Translations under genes and position numbers: made by a program
Assembly: GCA_964016885.1 (NCBI GenBank)
Contig: OZ024742.1
Coordinates: 299,584,001-299,648,000 of the forward strand
Length of the DNA stretch: 64,000 nt
Direction of reading: 5' to 3'
Source: Eledone cirrhosa
Taxonomy: Eukaryota
In this document: positions 1-14,756 of the stretch, one piece after another
How positions within the stretch are numbered: the stretch's first letter is position 1
How the letters are laid out: each line of letters opens with the position of its first letter
Notes under the pieces: generated by a model
Database searches by the model: none
The model's input: the letters and a program-made list of their open reading frames with translations, nothing else
What the model was told of the DNA's origin: nothing

Positions 1-85
1 TTTTTCGTTATTTGAGAAACAGCGTAAAAATTACACAAGATTGCACCATACGAAAGTGTTAATTTTCTTATATAAGTCACTAAGT

Positions 86-230
86 AATTGTTTTGATATT
101 AGGCACTCGTCAAGCAGTTTAGAAGCATAGGGAGAGTCGATGAGATTGACTCCAGTATTTTACTGGTACTTTATCTTATCGACCCAGGAAGGAACAAGAA
201 GTAAGCTCGGTGGCTAAGAACACAGAACGT
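86..230 (-). mobile_element. Diverged copy of SINE family 1 (older subfamily)
   Basis: Reverse-strand match to the family core (ctggtactttatcttatcgaccc) and tail (ttgttttgatattaggcac). Confidence 0.6.
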
Positions 231-339
231 GAATTGACAGAAAATGAAGCCACGAAATAACAACAGAAACAAGGGACTTGTGTAATACTGGGCTTTACTC
301 TGTAGATTCATATTTTTCTTCTTTCTAATATTCTTACTC

Positions 340-485
340 CGGCGAGTAGATCGTCGGATAAAATACGTAATGATATTTGTTCCTACTCTCTGCTCTCTGA
401 GTTCAAATCTCGCCGACGTCGACTTTGTCTTTCATCCTTTCATGGTCGATAAAAAAACTACCAGTCTAGTACTAGTGTCGATTCT
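340..485 (+). mobile_element. Diverged copy of SINE family 1
   Basis: B box gagttcaaatctc followed by core gactttgtctttcatcctttcatggtcgataaaa. Confidence 0.7.
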
Positions 486-2945
486 TTCTCTATATTTCTT
501 CACTTTCATTCTCTTACTCTTTATCCTTCGTTGGAAGAAATCTGCTGTGTTCAGACTTGAAGATTAGATGGGTTCCCCAGGTTTTAAAAAGACCAGGAAA
601 TACCGGGAGTTACGGGTTCATACATACATACAATATCCTTATTATTTTTTAAAAGAAACTTTAAATCTATTCATAGTTATATTTTGATTGGTCTGACATT
701 AAACCCTGTAACCCATATTTACTTTATTGATTAAATCAGCATGGTATATTTTGCGGAAAACAACATCAGTATTTGTAGTAACGTGTAAATGGTATAAATT
801 GTGAGTAACATCAGATTTGCCAGTGTATATAGTTATAAAAAGGGGGTAAACCACTTTCGCTCAGAACACTACATTGAAAACACTTAGCTGTTTCCCCCTC
901 AGCCTAAATCAATTTCAAAACCTATATGAAAACCTACAATCAAGATAGGTTTCTCTAAGTATTTCCGAAGTTCGCACCAATCTAAAACGATATAATTTAC
1001 GTTTCTGTTGGTTATAATTGCAGTAATAATAGCAGTGGTAGTGGTTGTTGTTTATCGTAGGGCAATTCTGGTCGAACAGACTAATGACTAGATATTTGTC
1101 CAACAGTTTTTGTATATCTTCTTTTAAGATCGTAATGTACGATTTGAGGAAATATTTCTGTTATTTCCAAAGGGCCGAACAACCACATCGACTTTCTTTG
1201 CTAATATTAGTTGTATCTTGTAGCAGCATCTGTAGTATCTTGTTTTAAATGTGTTAAAGAATAAATACATATGTAACAATAGTCCTGATTGAAAAGTCTT
1301 CCCATTGTTGTGATCTCTCACAATGGTAACCAAGAAAAATATTTTCGTCTATTTTTATTGATAATTTAAAAAAGAAATTCGATGTATCTTATATTTTTGT
1401 TTGAGAATTTGTTGTTGGTTTTCAATTTGTTTCAGCCTATGTATAATGACATTAGCTATTGCATTAATGTTTCATTATAACGTCTATAGACGGAGTGAGG
1501 CATGGTGGAAGGTAAGAAGTAAATTTAAACAAAATCAGCAGAGATAGCTGATTTCAGCTGTTCTATATGTATCACACAATAGAACAAATTTAAATCTTTT
1601 CTCATTAAATTTCTTATACCTTCCTCCCCAAATCAATTTCTATTCAGAGGGACATGGACATATGGAATAGCCAAATTCATGATGGAGGAATGAGAAACGT
1701 AAGGAAATCGATATCTTAGGATTTGTTGCAATTAAAATCTGGAGAACAATCATTAATCATTGCAATTGAATGAGACAGTGTCTTATCGAAAGGAAAACGT
1801 TCGATAATTTTACGCAACTTAGTCGGTAATTATATAAAACAAATAATTAACTTATTTAATCAGCAATGCATATTTAGAATAGAACCGGTAACTGTTAACT
1901 AAGTGAGATGCATCAGTTTACTCTTAAAGGAAACATGTTTTAAACATTTCCACTGTTGTAAAAAAAAAAAAAGCATACTATATATATTAATGTAATGTTT
2001 CTAGGATGTTTCTAGGGATAATGTTAAATTGTTAATTAATATATTCAAACAGTTAAGAATCTTCCTTCACTATCATAAAGTCCTGGCTTCGATCCCACCT
2101 CCTAGCATCTCAGGCCAGTAATATTTACCATAACCTCGAAATTTTGTGAGTAAAACTGGGTAGATTGAAACTGTTTCGAAGCCCGTCGAATGGACTGTAT
2201 TTGTAATTCAAAGGGGTAGCTCTGTAACATACTGAATGTCCCTGAGAATTACGTTATGGGTACATGTGTCTGTGGAATGCTCAGTCACTTGCTCATTAGA
2301 TTTAGGATCAGACTGTTCCATTGGTTGGGCAACTAGAATGCTCATTGTCGAAATTGAAGGAGATCCATCCCATGTGATTCCAGTGTTAGATTATCTGCAG
2401 GATATTATGAAAAGACATAGAGAAACTGCAAGTATAATTATATGTAGTTGTATATATATCAGCTGCCGAGTTAGCTAAATCATGTTTCTTTGCCGTCTAC
2501 AAGTAGATTGTGTAATCTTGGAAGTTTATTATTTGCATGTTAAAGAAATACATTGTTTTTAAATAAACTTTAAACATTAGCTAATTAGAATACATGGCGT
2601 ACTGTTTGCAATTCTCCTATAAATATTTCATTAAGTCATTATGTAAATGTTTGGTGAGTTCTACGTTAATTATATTTTATTAATAATCTTCGGTTAATAG
2701 GCATTATGTATGTCTATAAAGATATTATTTTATCATATTATATGAACTATCACATGAATTATATATTTGTAAAGATAGCAGTAGAGATGATTAATGCGAG
2801 TGTTTCAATGCAGGTTTATGGTAACAAACTGTTATATTTAAAATATGATTGAGGGACATTACCCTGTTAATTCTGGGTCTAGTCTCGATAATTGGAACTT
2901 TAGACTTGTGAGTGGAATTTGGAAAACAGAAACAGCAGAAGCCCG

Positions 2946-4150
<1,205 letters not shown>

Positions 4151-5334
4151 CCAAGTCTCAGGTTATGTTTGTGGCTCTATTTATCTCCGTAACTTAGTGA
4201 TTCGACAAAAGGATAACATAAGTACAGGGGGTCTATATGTTAACTAAATCAAGATCATGTCTTAGTATAGCCGCAGTCTAATGACTGAAACAACTCAAAG
4301 AATGAAAGAGTATTTCATAGCATTAAACGCTCGTCCTAAATGTTAGCTTATAAAAAGTGTGTAAATTTACAAACTTTGTGAAGATACCATAAATAGCAAA
4401 TCTGGGGGTTAAGCGTGTTAGAGTGAGAGTAAAACCTTTAATGATTTTGGATATGGTTTTTCGTAGCCAGGAAGAAACTGTGAAGAATCATATATATCTG
4501 AAAGGGTTGTCAAGTTGTTCCGTAGGGGCTCTAGAATGAAGGAATGCAAGTAATAGCAAAGGTACAAGACGGTGTATTACGTTGGTTAACTGTGAACTGG
4601 TATACAGCCAACAACTTCATTTTCAAAATAACAATAACTATTGCAGTATAAGAGTAGATTTAGATCGACTGTGGGAATATGTTGTACCGTTTTTGGTAGT
4701 TCATTTCTTTTGTTCGTTTACTGGTTTTAATCATTGGATTGTGGCCATTCTGGTCGCTGTTTTATGGTTACTAACCAGTTACATTTTATGCATACGTTTA
4801 ATATATTTGTGTGAAACATCAATTTCTTTAGTCCATAAAGTGATTTTCTCATCGGTTACTGATAGTTTATTTTGAATTAAAATATACTATTTTTAATTAT
4901 TCAGTCTCAATGGAGTCGGTTTCGGCAATGAGTGTTCCAGTTGTTTGATCAAGAAATCAGTCTGTTCCACAGATACGTTAACCCTTACCATAATTCTCAG
5001 TATGATATGAAACAATAAGCAAAGCATGACTCTTTAATTTTCAGTTGGAGATACAGTCACAGTTTCAGTTCTTTCGACAAACTTCCAAATAGTTTCCGTT
5101 TACCCAGTGTCATTTACAAGGCTTGGATCTACATATGGCAGACTTGCTCAAGATGCGAAACAACTCCATAACAATTCTGGTATGATGCGTCCACTTACCC
5201 TTAACAAAAGTGTTTATGTATATTATAGGTATGACATAGGATATGGCTTTGTAATTTCGGATATATGTGACTTAGAGAAATTTACCTGAAATAACTAAAT
5301 GTTTGAAATGAAGAAAATATGCCATTTAACATTA

Positions 5335-5514
5335 ATATTGTTTCTACTTTTGGCACAAAGCCAGCAATTGCCCAGTGCATTACTGGTACTATATTTTATC
5401 GACCCCGTAAGGATGAAAGGCAAAGTTAAGCTCGAGGGGATTTGAACTCAGAATGGAAAGGGCCGTAACTCTTTGCGTCAAAGCATGGCGTCCGACCCTC
5501 TACCGATACGCCAA
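5335..5514 (-). mobile_element. SINE family 1, near full-length young copy
   Basis: The reverse complement has an A-box-like tggcgtatcgg, B box gagttcaaatcc, core gcctttcatccttacggggtcgataaaat and tail ctttgtgccaaaagtagaaacaat. Confidence 0.9.
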
Positions 5515-5669
5515 TAAGTTAGCTTGCCTGACTGAAGTAAATTCCAATCCCGGCTGCTGACACTGGCCACTATGCAGTTCAATAATACTCTCGGGAAAAA
5601 TTACCCTCTGAAGATCCTATTACCCATCTCCCATTATAAGTAGCATTTATACCTAAGAAAGCACTGAAT

Positions 5670-6140
5670 TATGTCACTAGGATGTCAGGGTTTAAAATGC
5701 CTAGGCATTAGCTCCTGTTCACTGGGCTCTGAGTTCAAATCCCGCCATAATCGACTTTGCCATTCGTCCTGTCGATATCGACAAATAAAGTACAAGTCCA
5801 TTACTGGGCTCAATATCTCCCTCTCTCTCCCTCTCTCTCTCCTCCTCTCTCTCTCTCTCTCTCCCGGATACAGGAGTTAAAGATCAACTGATTCTTAGGT
5901 AATAGGGAAACCAATTAATATTGACATACATTGTACAGTTAAACTAACGAGAAACACTGTTTTCGATTTCTGTTACGAAATTATTTCAATTCAAATATGA
6001 TAGCAAATTGGTAGTATCGTTAGATCTTCAAACGAGATGCCTTGCGGTGTTTGCTTTCGCTCTCTACGCTTCTGTTTTCAAATCTTACCGGCGCCAACTT
6101 TGTCTTTCATCTTTTCAGTTCGATGAAACAAAGTACTATT
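5670..6140 (+). mobile_element. Two old SINE family 1 fragments (about 5670-5815 and 6005-6140)
   Basis: B-box-like ttcaaatc followed by a degenerate actttgccattcgtcc / actttgtctttcatc core. Confidence 0.55.
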
Positions 6141-6415
6141 CCAAAGAAAATGGATTGGCTGAACTGCTGATGTAAGAGATGTTTTGTGGAATGTATTCCG
6201 AATTTAAATCCCGCTTTATCATACTTAGCAGGTAGACATAATCCATCATCCAATTTAATTTCATCCCCTGGTCCTTATCATCACTGCAGTGTAAATCATT
6301 GTAAGCAGTTAACGATCGGTTCTGCTTTTCATTCTTTACGTCTCGAGGTGTATGTATCTATTGTTGATACACATCTAAAGATGAATTCCACTTCAAATTA
6401 ATTATTTCATGTAAA

Positions 6416-6552
<137 letters not shown>

Positions 6553-6873
6553 CTCCTTTCGATGTCTACAAATAAAGTACAAGTCCATTACTGGGTTCAA
6601 TTCTCTCTCTCTATATACATATATATATATATATATAATTCAAGAAAGAAGATTGACATGGTTCGCTATACAATAAGGGCTTTATTCACATTGCTAATAA
6701 TTGTTTCTTTGATCTGGCAGGTCTAGAGTTCGCTATACGCCTGATTTTGCGCCAATCGAACTCCAATACTTTGTTTATAACCAGTCTGTTTCATCGGAGC
6801 GGGTGAAATGAAGAAAATACATAAGGCATGGTTTTTATATAAGTGTGGTATTAAACCAGAACAATAATATCAA

Positions 6874-7500
6874 TAAACGGATAAAATGAAACGAAATTTC
6901 ATTTCTCACTCTCAGTACAGCTGTTACTTAAATATAAGTATGTATACGTACATACATATATGTATACAGACGTACAGTAGTATGTATATATATATACATA
7001 CATTCACACATATATATATGTACGTATGGATTCACCAAACATTCATTACAATGCTCGGTGTGTTTGTTTAAGTAACAGCCGTACTAAGAGTGAGAAATGA
7101 AATTTCGTTTCATTTTTTCCGTTTATCGTTTTCGGTACCCCGGCTGATTAACTCACTCGATATGCAAATTAGGCTGCTCAGCCGTTAATATGCATAAGGA
7201 AAGTATTTACTTTCAGACATTCAACCATCTGGCAGGAGAGTATACGTTGCTGACGATAGCTAATAAGCTTGAAACTAGTACAACGTTCCTTTGTCAGTGT
7301 TGAACAAATGAGCAACGATGGTTGCTAGACACCGTGCGACTTAATTCGGGATGTTTGTTTACAAACACACCGAGCATTATAATGAATGTTCGGTGAATCC
7401 ATACGTACATATATATATATGTGTGCATGTATGTATATAATTGCATACTACTGTACGTCTGTATACATATATGTATGTACGTATACATACTTATATTTAA
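6874..7500 (+). mobile_element. Hammerhead-bearing non-coding element, family A (retrozyme-like): ~430 nt monomer at 7068-7500 preceded by an inverted partial copy at 6874-7068
   Basis: 6874-7068 is the reverse complement of a segment spanning the end/start junction of the monomer; the same sequence recurs at 45909-47970; contains a hammerhead core. Confidence 0.85.
7244..7286 (+). ncRNA. Type I hammerhead ribozyme
   Basis: acgttg-CTGACGA-t-agct-aata-agct-t-GAAA-ctag-TA-caacgt: 6-bp stem I, canonical core, 4-bp stem II, palindromic minimal stem III (ACTAGT), GUA cleavage triplet. Stem I can extend (agga/tcct) past a bulge. Confidence 0.85.
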
Positions 7501-9379
7501 ATAATATCAATAATAAAATAAAATAACTAGATAGCATACAATTAAAATTATAACATCAATGTAAGAAAGAGATAGAGTATAATGGAGAATCTAGCATGTT
7601 AAACAGACTGATATGATACAGATGTATAGAATTGACATGTGAAAACTGCTATAGGGTACATTAGGTATAGTGATAGGGTAGCGAATAGATGTACTTGGAG
7701 CCAGAATTTATGAAATATCCACTGTGCTGTAGGTATTCTAGCAATAAACAGGAGATTTACTTTTTATTTTCTTATTATTTGACAGATAAACATTTTCGTT
7801 TGATTAATTTAGTGAGGATGATAGTTTTTATGTGGTGCTAAATAGAGTTGTAGATTCGTTATTTAAGTGGCCTATACTAAAGGTAGGGATTGTTAGTTCG
7901 AATCGTGGGGGTTACAGAGGCTATTTGGAAGGCTGTTGCTTGGGTTATACCTATATTTTAAATGACCACATTGCCGAACTTTTTGTTACGCTGTTTCTTC
8001 CTGAGTACTACGTCAAGTGCACACGTTTCTGTGGATATCTCTTTCAGTTGCATGTTAAATTCACGTGTAGTCTTTTTTGCATTGATCGAACAGCTGGAAC
8101 AGTTATCGTGAAAACCGACGGAGGAACATTTGCTTTATTCATCTGTCACATTATAAACAAATAATTCATTTTTACTATTTACACATCTTATATTTATAGC
8201 AAACGGTTTTGAAAATAATTACACGATGCCTTTCTCATGCCGATAACATTTACTCATTGAACTTCAAAAAGAGTAAACAGAGAAATAATACTACTAGTTA
8301 TAAGGTTTTAGAAAGGGAAATTTTGACAGGAAATTTTACAGATGTCTTGTAGTTTAAGTGTCTGCGTGTGTATACCTAGCAGTTGCATCCTACCAATTAG
8401 GTAATACAACTTTGTATATAAGTAATTAGTAGCTGTTCGGAACTGAAGTAATACCCATACCTGAAGAGAAAGACTAGCTTAGGGAAATTATATCAGAACA
8501 ACAGCTAATAACTGGGGAAAGTATATACCCGAAGGCCCGAGACATATGGTTTAAGGTGTTGGATTCATATGATGGGTTTGATTCCTGGCCTGGTCAGACA
8601 GTTGTGTTCTTAAGGAAGATGCTTTATCTCATGCTGCTTTTTATAAACCCTATCATGAAAATATCTGGGAAACCAGCTAAGCATGCATATGTGTGAGCTG
8701 TAAGTATCATTTTCTAAAAGTATTATATAGATACGCCACCAATGTAAGAATGATGAAATTGATAGCTGCCAGTAACAATTGTGGTGTATCCCACTCCTTT
8801 GGAAACCATAAAATAAGAGTTAGATTAATTAATGTCAAGAGGAGTCTCAAGAATAAAAGTATTAAACTGGTTATATGTTATGTATCACTCTGGTGAGAAT
8901 CAGCATGAGGCTTATATCATTCCAAAGTAGTCTTTGACAATTACATAAGAGATTGATATCAGAAGGGGAATAACTAACCATGTTTATGTCTACAACGTTA
9001 TTAACTTAATTTCGTCGTTCAAGAATTAAGTGTTACTTTTTATTTAGAAGGTAAGAAAATTGTATTTATTAAGTAATGAGTAAGAGCACCTAGAATAAAG
9101 GTGACAAGTGAGCAGTGACATTTAGTTTTGATTACGTTTAATCTTAATTGTTTCTGTTGTTATATCTCACACCTATGTCAATTTGCCTGGCATCCTACAG
9201 TACCGCATTTAATAAGAGAATTCTTATAAGACCCTCAGTCTTTCCGAGAAATGACCCCAGTTTGTTGCAGGGATAAAATTTCAGCTGCTTGACTAGAGCA
9301 ACGTTCCATCAGGCCCAGGTGTCGAACTCATGATCGTAAGTCTAACACATTAACCACAAAGTAGGACCTTGTAAATTTA

Positions 9380-9790
9380 TATACGGAGACTCATCTGGTG
9401 TTGGGACACCATGAAAGGATGTTATCATTTTAATCCAATTCAGGGCTTTCTCACTCCTTTTAGAGGAACCCCCACCCACCGGTTTGACCTCCACAGCTTT
9501 CTGATTGGTTACGGTCTTGTCAGGTGTGTAACCGTACTCACCACGCTTGTCCAATTGCGGGTTGGTGAGGACATTTAACCTATACTGGGGTGGATGGCCG
9601 TTGACTCTGAGTCCATCCACTCTTTTAACAGCTCGTTTTTTTTGTGCTCCTGGAGTTCCACTTACCCTTCTTACAAGACCAGGGTCTGGTTGAGGGAGCC
9701 AGTTTAGTCACCTACCACTCGACAATGAAATAGGTTTCACTGGGATATTTGATAGCAGTAGCAGGAAGACGCCCTACATGATACATGATG
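9380..9790 (-). mobile_element. GC-richer multi-hairpin segment, probably the 5' UTR of a non-LTR retrotransposon (RTE-like)
   Basis: Composition shift and several stems (gtggatgg/ccatccac, gactc/gagtc, ctcacca/tggtgag, ggttac/gtaacc, ccagt/actgg). Family assignment is from recalled resemblance only. Confidence 0.35.
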
Positions 9791-10469
9791 TCATCATTAC
9801 ATAGATACATTACGCGCAAGTAAATTTTCTGGCGTTCCTCCCTCACTACACTTTTAACTAGAGTGGTAAATGTAAGATGAGGAGCAGTTTGTAGAAGTTG
9901 CCAATAAGTCATGGTGTATTGCTTAGTTTATTTTCGATGTCTAGAAAGTGAAAGTGACATATAAATCGTGTAAAACGGATGTATGGTATAAAGTTAATAT
10001 ATTCAGGAGCAGTCACAATTATCATATAATGGAAGGATGCAAAACCAGATGGCCTTTATTCTTGAGCCACGTGTTAATGAATCTTGACGTCTCTTTAAAT
10101 GTCGTCAGAGACAATCTAAAATATACGTGTATGTGACTGTGAATGTGTGTTTTTATATACGTGGGTGTCTGTGCACGTGTGTTTAGAATACTGTGAATAT
10201 TGCGAACAATTTGTTCGTTTTACTGAATAAATAATTCATTTACAGATAAACAGTACCAAACGTTCTATATTTAACTGCACAACATGTAGCAATTTATCTA
10301 TATCAACTACATTTACAACAACTATCTACCATAATAAATGTATGTTTTACGGTTTCCATCGTTGACGATTCATTACATAAGTGTAATCATAAAAAACTGT
10401 ATAATATACTTAAATATAAGTTTATGATATACTTAAATATAAGTGTATTACTTCTAGTAGATGTGCAGC

Positions 10470-10670
10470 ATTATTAGAGGATAGGAGGAAGCATTTTGTC
10501 GTGTTTGTATCGAATCTACATTTTGAGTTCAAATCTCGCCGAGGTCAATTTTGTCTTTTATCCTTTTGGGACTCGATAAAATAAAGCATCACTCAGGTAT
10601 TGGGGTCAATATAAGAAACTTTAACCCCGGTTCTAATTTGCTGGCATTTATACTTAAATTATGAAACATA
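10470..10670 (+). mobile_element. Old SINE family 1 copy
   Basis: gagttcaaatctcgccgaggtcaattttgtcttttatcctt...gataaaataaag and tail gctggcatttatacttaaattatgaaac. Confidence 0.7.
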
Positions 10671-10799
10671 ATCTCGTGCTTAAATGTAACAATTTTTGTT
10701 GGTTCATTTCTAAAATTTATTTTGAAGTGAAATTGCACAGTTTTATATGATACAGACAATTTCTATATTCACTACCCAAGGTAGAAAGGAAAAATAAAC

Positions 10800-11790
10800 T
10801 ATCGGAGGTTGATAGTTCTTGCTCGTATAACACTGATGGTTTCCAGAATGCTACTGATAGCAGAGAGGAACTCACCAGGACTGTTCAGCTTTTTTTCAAG
10901 AACGGCTACTAAACCCATCTTTTCAAAGCACATTACAGATGCAACGTCTGTAACCACTGATATGAATTTCATCCTATTCAATCTTGCACACTCAATGCAC
11001 TTTTGTAAGTCACTGAATATATCTCACTCCATCTCTGTTCCCTTCATAGGTAGTAAACCTAATAATTCTTCAGTTACACTGAAGTATGCCAACTCCTTCG
11101 ATAAAGAGAGTGGAGTAAGCAGTACCTAAAATGCCTGTACTTTCATCATGTGTGATAGAAACATTTGCAAACTCTTGAGAAGTGGTAGGCAATTTAAGAT
11201 ATGAATTGCTTGCTAAATCAGAAAAGCAGCTCACAACAGTATTAGGTAACAAGCTAATGCTTTCAAACATTTTCCTTTTTGAGGGACAGAATATTTCACC
11301 GGCATGTAAAATAGAGTATTTAATAAAATTATTTCTAGTAAATGGTTATGATAATTTTCCGATTATTTCTCTTAGAGCAAAACTTACTCTTCTGCCGTTT
11401 TCACTTGTTTTGTTCAAATTGAACAAAAGTTCTATTACTTCGAAAGTACTGTCTTGAGCCATTCTACATTTCTTATCTTTCCAGTACATTTCTTATCTTT
11501 CCAATGCATTATACTGATCACTGTTTGTTGTTTCACAATGGCTCCTTATGTCTCTGTACAGCAATATTATTCAGAAATATCAAGCGATGTCTTTTACAAA
11601 ATACAAGTATTTGCTCTTTCCTTAAAAACTTCGGTTCTTTTCGGCAATTCTTCTTTTCTTTGATATCGTCGGAATTTTTTATTTCAATTATGTGGTTGAC
11701 CAAAAAATACATCATTCTACTTCGATTCTTTTGTTTATTTAACAATCCGCTCTCAAACATTTTCTATGAAGTTCTATTTGTGTGAGCTGT
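10800..11790 (-). pseudogene. Decayed hAT transposase of the Buster/SPIN (GTF2IRD2-like) group
   Basis: Broken frames give PFTRNNFIKYSILHAGEIFCPSKRKMFESISLLPNTV...DLASN...VSITHDESTGILGTA...LFIEGV and ISVVTDVASVMCFEKMGLVA. These match the recalled motifs PFTDGEFIK, ISLSRNTV, SIALDESTD, IFIRGV and VTTDGAPAM of this group. Confidence 0.8.
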
Positions 11791-12840
11791 CTGTCATTTC
11801 AGGTGCATCTTCCCGATGCTAATATGAGTTGATAAAGCTATTGCTTCTTACGTTATAAAACAAAATTAATTTCCTCATGTTTTGTTGTGTGTGTTAGTTG
11901 TCTGTCATCTCAAGTACACCCACCATGCCAATAAAAGTTATCAAATCAATGACGCAAAACATTTTCCTCGTGTTCTGTTATGTGATTTTTTTTTCCTATA
12001 ATCTCAGTCACAGCCCCACTACAATAAGCATTTGACACATGCCGATGTAGATTTCACTAACTTTCTTATATTGCTCCTGCAATTCTTACATTACACCCAT
12101 TTCAACCTCCTGCCTGCCATCACTTATTGGCACGGTTCGGAGATACTTGAATTTCACCACATGCTGTAGTGGAACTTCACTCACATGAGAGTGCTTAGCA
12201 CTGGCCTCCCGGGGAGGTTGAATGTCTCAGTCTTCGCAGTACTAATTCCGCCAACGCTGCACACCGTTAGCTCTCCTGTTCATAATCTTTCTAGACAGGA
12301 TTGACAATGAAAAAGTTAATTGTATAATGAATCCACCCAAATAGTTAATAATGTTGAAAATATTCGAAAATCATAGACTTTGTCTTTCATTTGAAATATG
12401 GTTACGAAAGGGTTAAAACATTATCAGAAAGCTCTCTACCAATTCAGCTTTTCCAATATTTTCCAATTTATCAGATCAGTAGATCTTTACAATCATTTTC
12501 CTAGCGTTGCTTATCTGATGACTGGAAACATTTATAAACCAGTATAATAAACTATGTTTCGTTCTTGTTAAAATGTTGCAAATATATATTTGTATATATT
12601 TTGTTTGTGTTAATGTGTGTGTGTGTGAATGTAAATATAGATGAACATATATATATGTGTATCTATACCATTTCAAACGAGAAATGTAGAACTCAGATCA
12701 ATATGTAAGGGAGATTTCAATCATACACTTGAAGCAAAAGCGAGTATTTTATCACATATCGTAAACATTACGCATGAACACAGTTAAAGCAAACTCTTGT
12801 TGCAGTTTCACTCGAATCTTCTATTTGCACAGGACAAATG

Positions 12841-12841
<1 letters not shown>

Positions 12842-12909
<68 letters not shown>

Positions 12910-12948
12910 TGTGTGTGTGTATCTTTGGGTGTGTATCTGTGTGTGTGC

Positions 12949-13005
<57 letters not shown>
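12842..13005. repeat. (TA)n(TG)n compound microsatellite
   Basis: Directly visible. Confidence 0.95.
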
Positions 13006-13008
<3 letters not shown>

Positions 13009-13459
13009 ATAACAATTGTATATTCTTCAAGATAAGCCCACAGATAAAACCACATATAAACTGCAGAATTAGAATTGTAGTATATAGTATAAGGTACACA
13101 GAGGGACAATGTAGAAATACTACTCTTACAGACATAGAAAAATAAGCATGCAGTATGGATAAAGAAAAGCCAGGGGGAGGGCACTGGCAAGAGATCAAAG
13201 ATAAAAAAAACTTTCGTCAGTGTTCTAGTACCATGGCAAAGTATAACATGGTGACGGGTGAGAGAGAAAATAATAGAGACACACACGTGTCCAAAACCTG
13301 GAAGTAGAAGCACACAAAGATACACACATAGACACAAACATACACACATACCAGGAAAGTCAAGATGGACTAAATAAAACTAAACCAGAGGAGACAGAGA
13401 GGGGCAAGAATAGTCATTTAAAAGAATACGGGGTATGCAACGAAAGAGCTTGAACAAAA

Positions 13460-14113
13460 AATTGTTTCTACTTTAGGTACAAGGCCAGCAATTATCCAGT
13501 ACATTACTGGTAATTTATTTTATCGAACCCGTAAGGATGAAATGCAAAGTTAACCTCGGCAAGATTTGAACTCAGTCTGTAAAGGGACGTAACTCAATGC
13601 TGCAAAGCATGGCGTCCGACCCTCTATCGATACTACCAATCCACCGCCAGAGCTTTAACAAATAATTGTTTCTACTTTTGGCACAAGGCCAGCACTTATA
13701 TCAGTGCATTACTGCTACTTTATTTTATCGACTCCGTAAGGATGAAAGGCAAAGCTAACCTTGGTAGGATTTGAACTTAGAACATAAAGGGCTATACCTC
13801 TATGCTGCAAAGCATGGTGTCCGACGCTCTACCGATTTTTGATTACAAACCACTATTCAGATACTGAATTAAGCGAGGAAAGGATTAGTTACAAAATTAA
13901 TAATTGTTTCTGGTTTAGGCACAAAACAAACAATATATGGGACAAGTCGATTAAATCGACCCTAGTGCATTATTGATGCTGATTTTATTCATCCCGTAAG
14001 AATGAAAGGCAAAGCTAACCTAAGCGTGATTTGAACTCAGAACAATAAAGGATGTAATCTAATGGAACAAAGCATATTGTCTGACGCTCTAACGATACTC
14101 TCAAACTACCACC
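13460..14113 (-). mobile_element. Three co-oriented SINE family 1 copies (13460-13648, 13662-13836, 13900-14113)
   Basis: Each has tail, core and B box; the first is flanked by an imperfect direct repeat agagcttgaacaaaaaatt / agagctttaacaaataatt. Confidence 0.88.
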
Positions 14114-14756
14114 CTAGTTACATAACTAAATGAAACTCAACTGGTGCATATGTTTTTATTGACCACATGACCCTCACAAATATGTTTCAACACACGAATT
14201 ATAAGCATATATGTATATATGTATCCATGGATATAAATGTATATAAGTATATATACATATATATAATTCGTCTTTGAATTTGTTTTGCGAGATTTCTTAT
14301 CTGAAAGCGTGTGTTGAAACAGATATCGTTATACTTTGGGAGAGTCATGTTGCCAATAAAAACACACGCACCTGTCGATTTCACTTCAATTTATTATAAA
14401 TTTCCGGTTGGTTGGTTGGTTCGATAACAGACAAATTTTCGCGTTGTGTTACCCCAGTTAAACAGTTAAAAAAGGTACTCAATACATTGTTATAGTTAGC
14501 TGCAGCTATTTTTATTATATATATATAGAAATGACTTCTACAGGACTAGAACTGTTTAACTTGCATGAAATGTTTATGTGGCTTAAACAGTGATAAACAC
14601 GAAACTGTGTGAGAGCAAAAAAATAATCCCATCTCTAAAATACACTAAATTTTATACTCAGTACTTTTTTCTTGGTTGTATTTTTAAACCTACATACAAG
14701 CATGCATGTGCTCGCACACATTTATATATATATATATATTTTTTTTCATATGTATA

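Noticed and set aside
7162-7169. Octamer ATGCAAAT upstream of the hammerhead
   Set aside because: Absent from the homologous copy at 47640-47660 and expected by chance in AT-rich DNA.
7832-8164. 110-aa ORF with faint GIY-YIG-like spacing
   Set aside because: The catalytic motif residues are not actually present.
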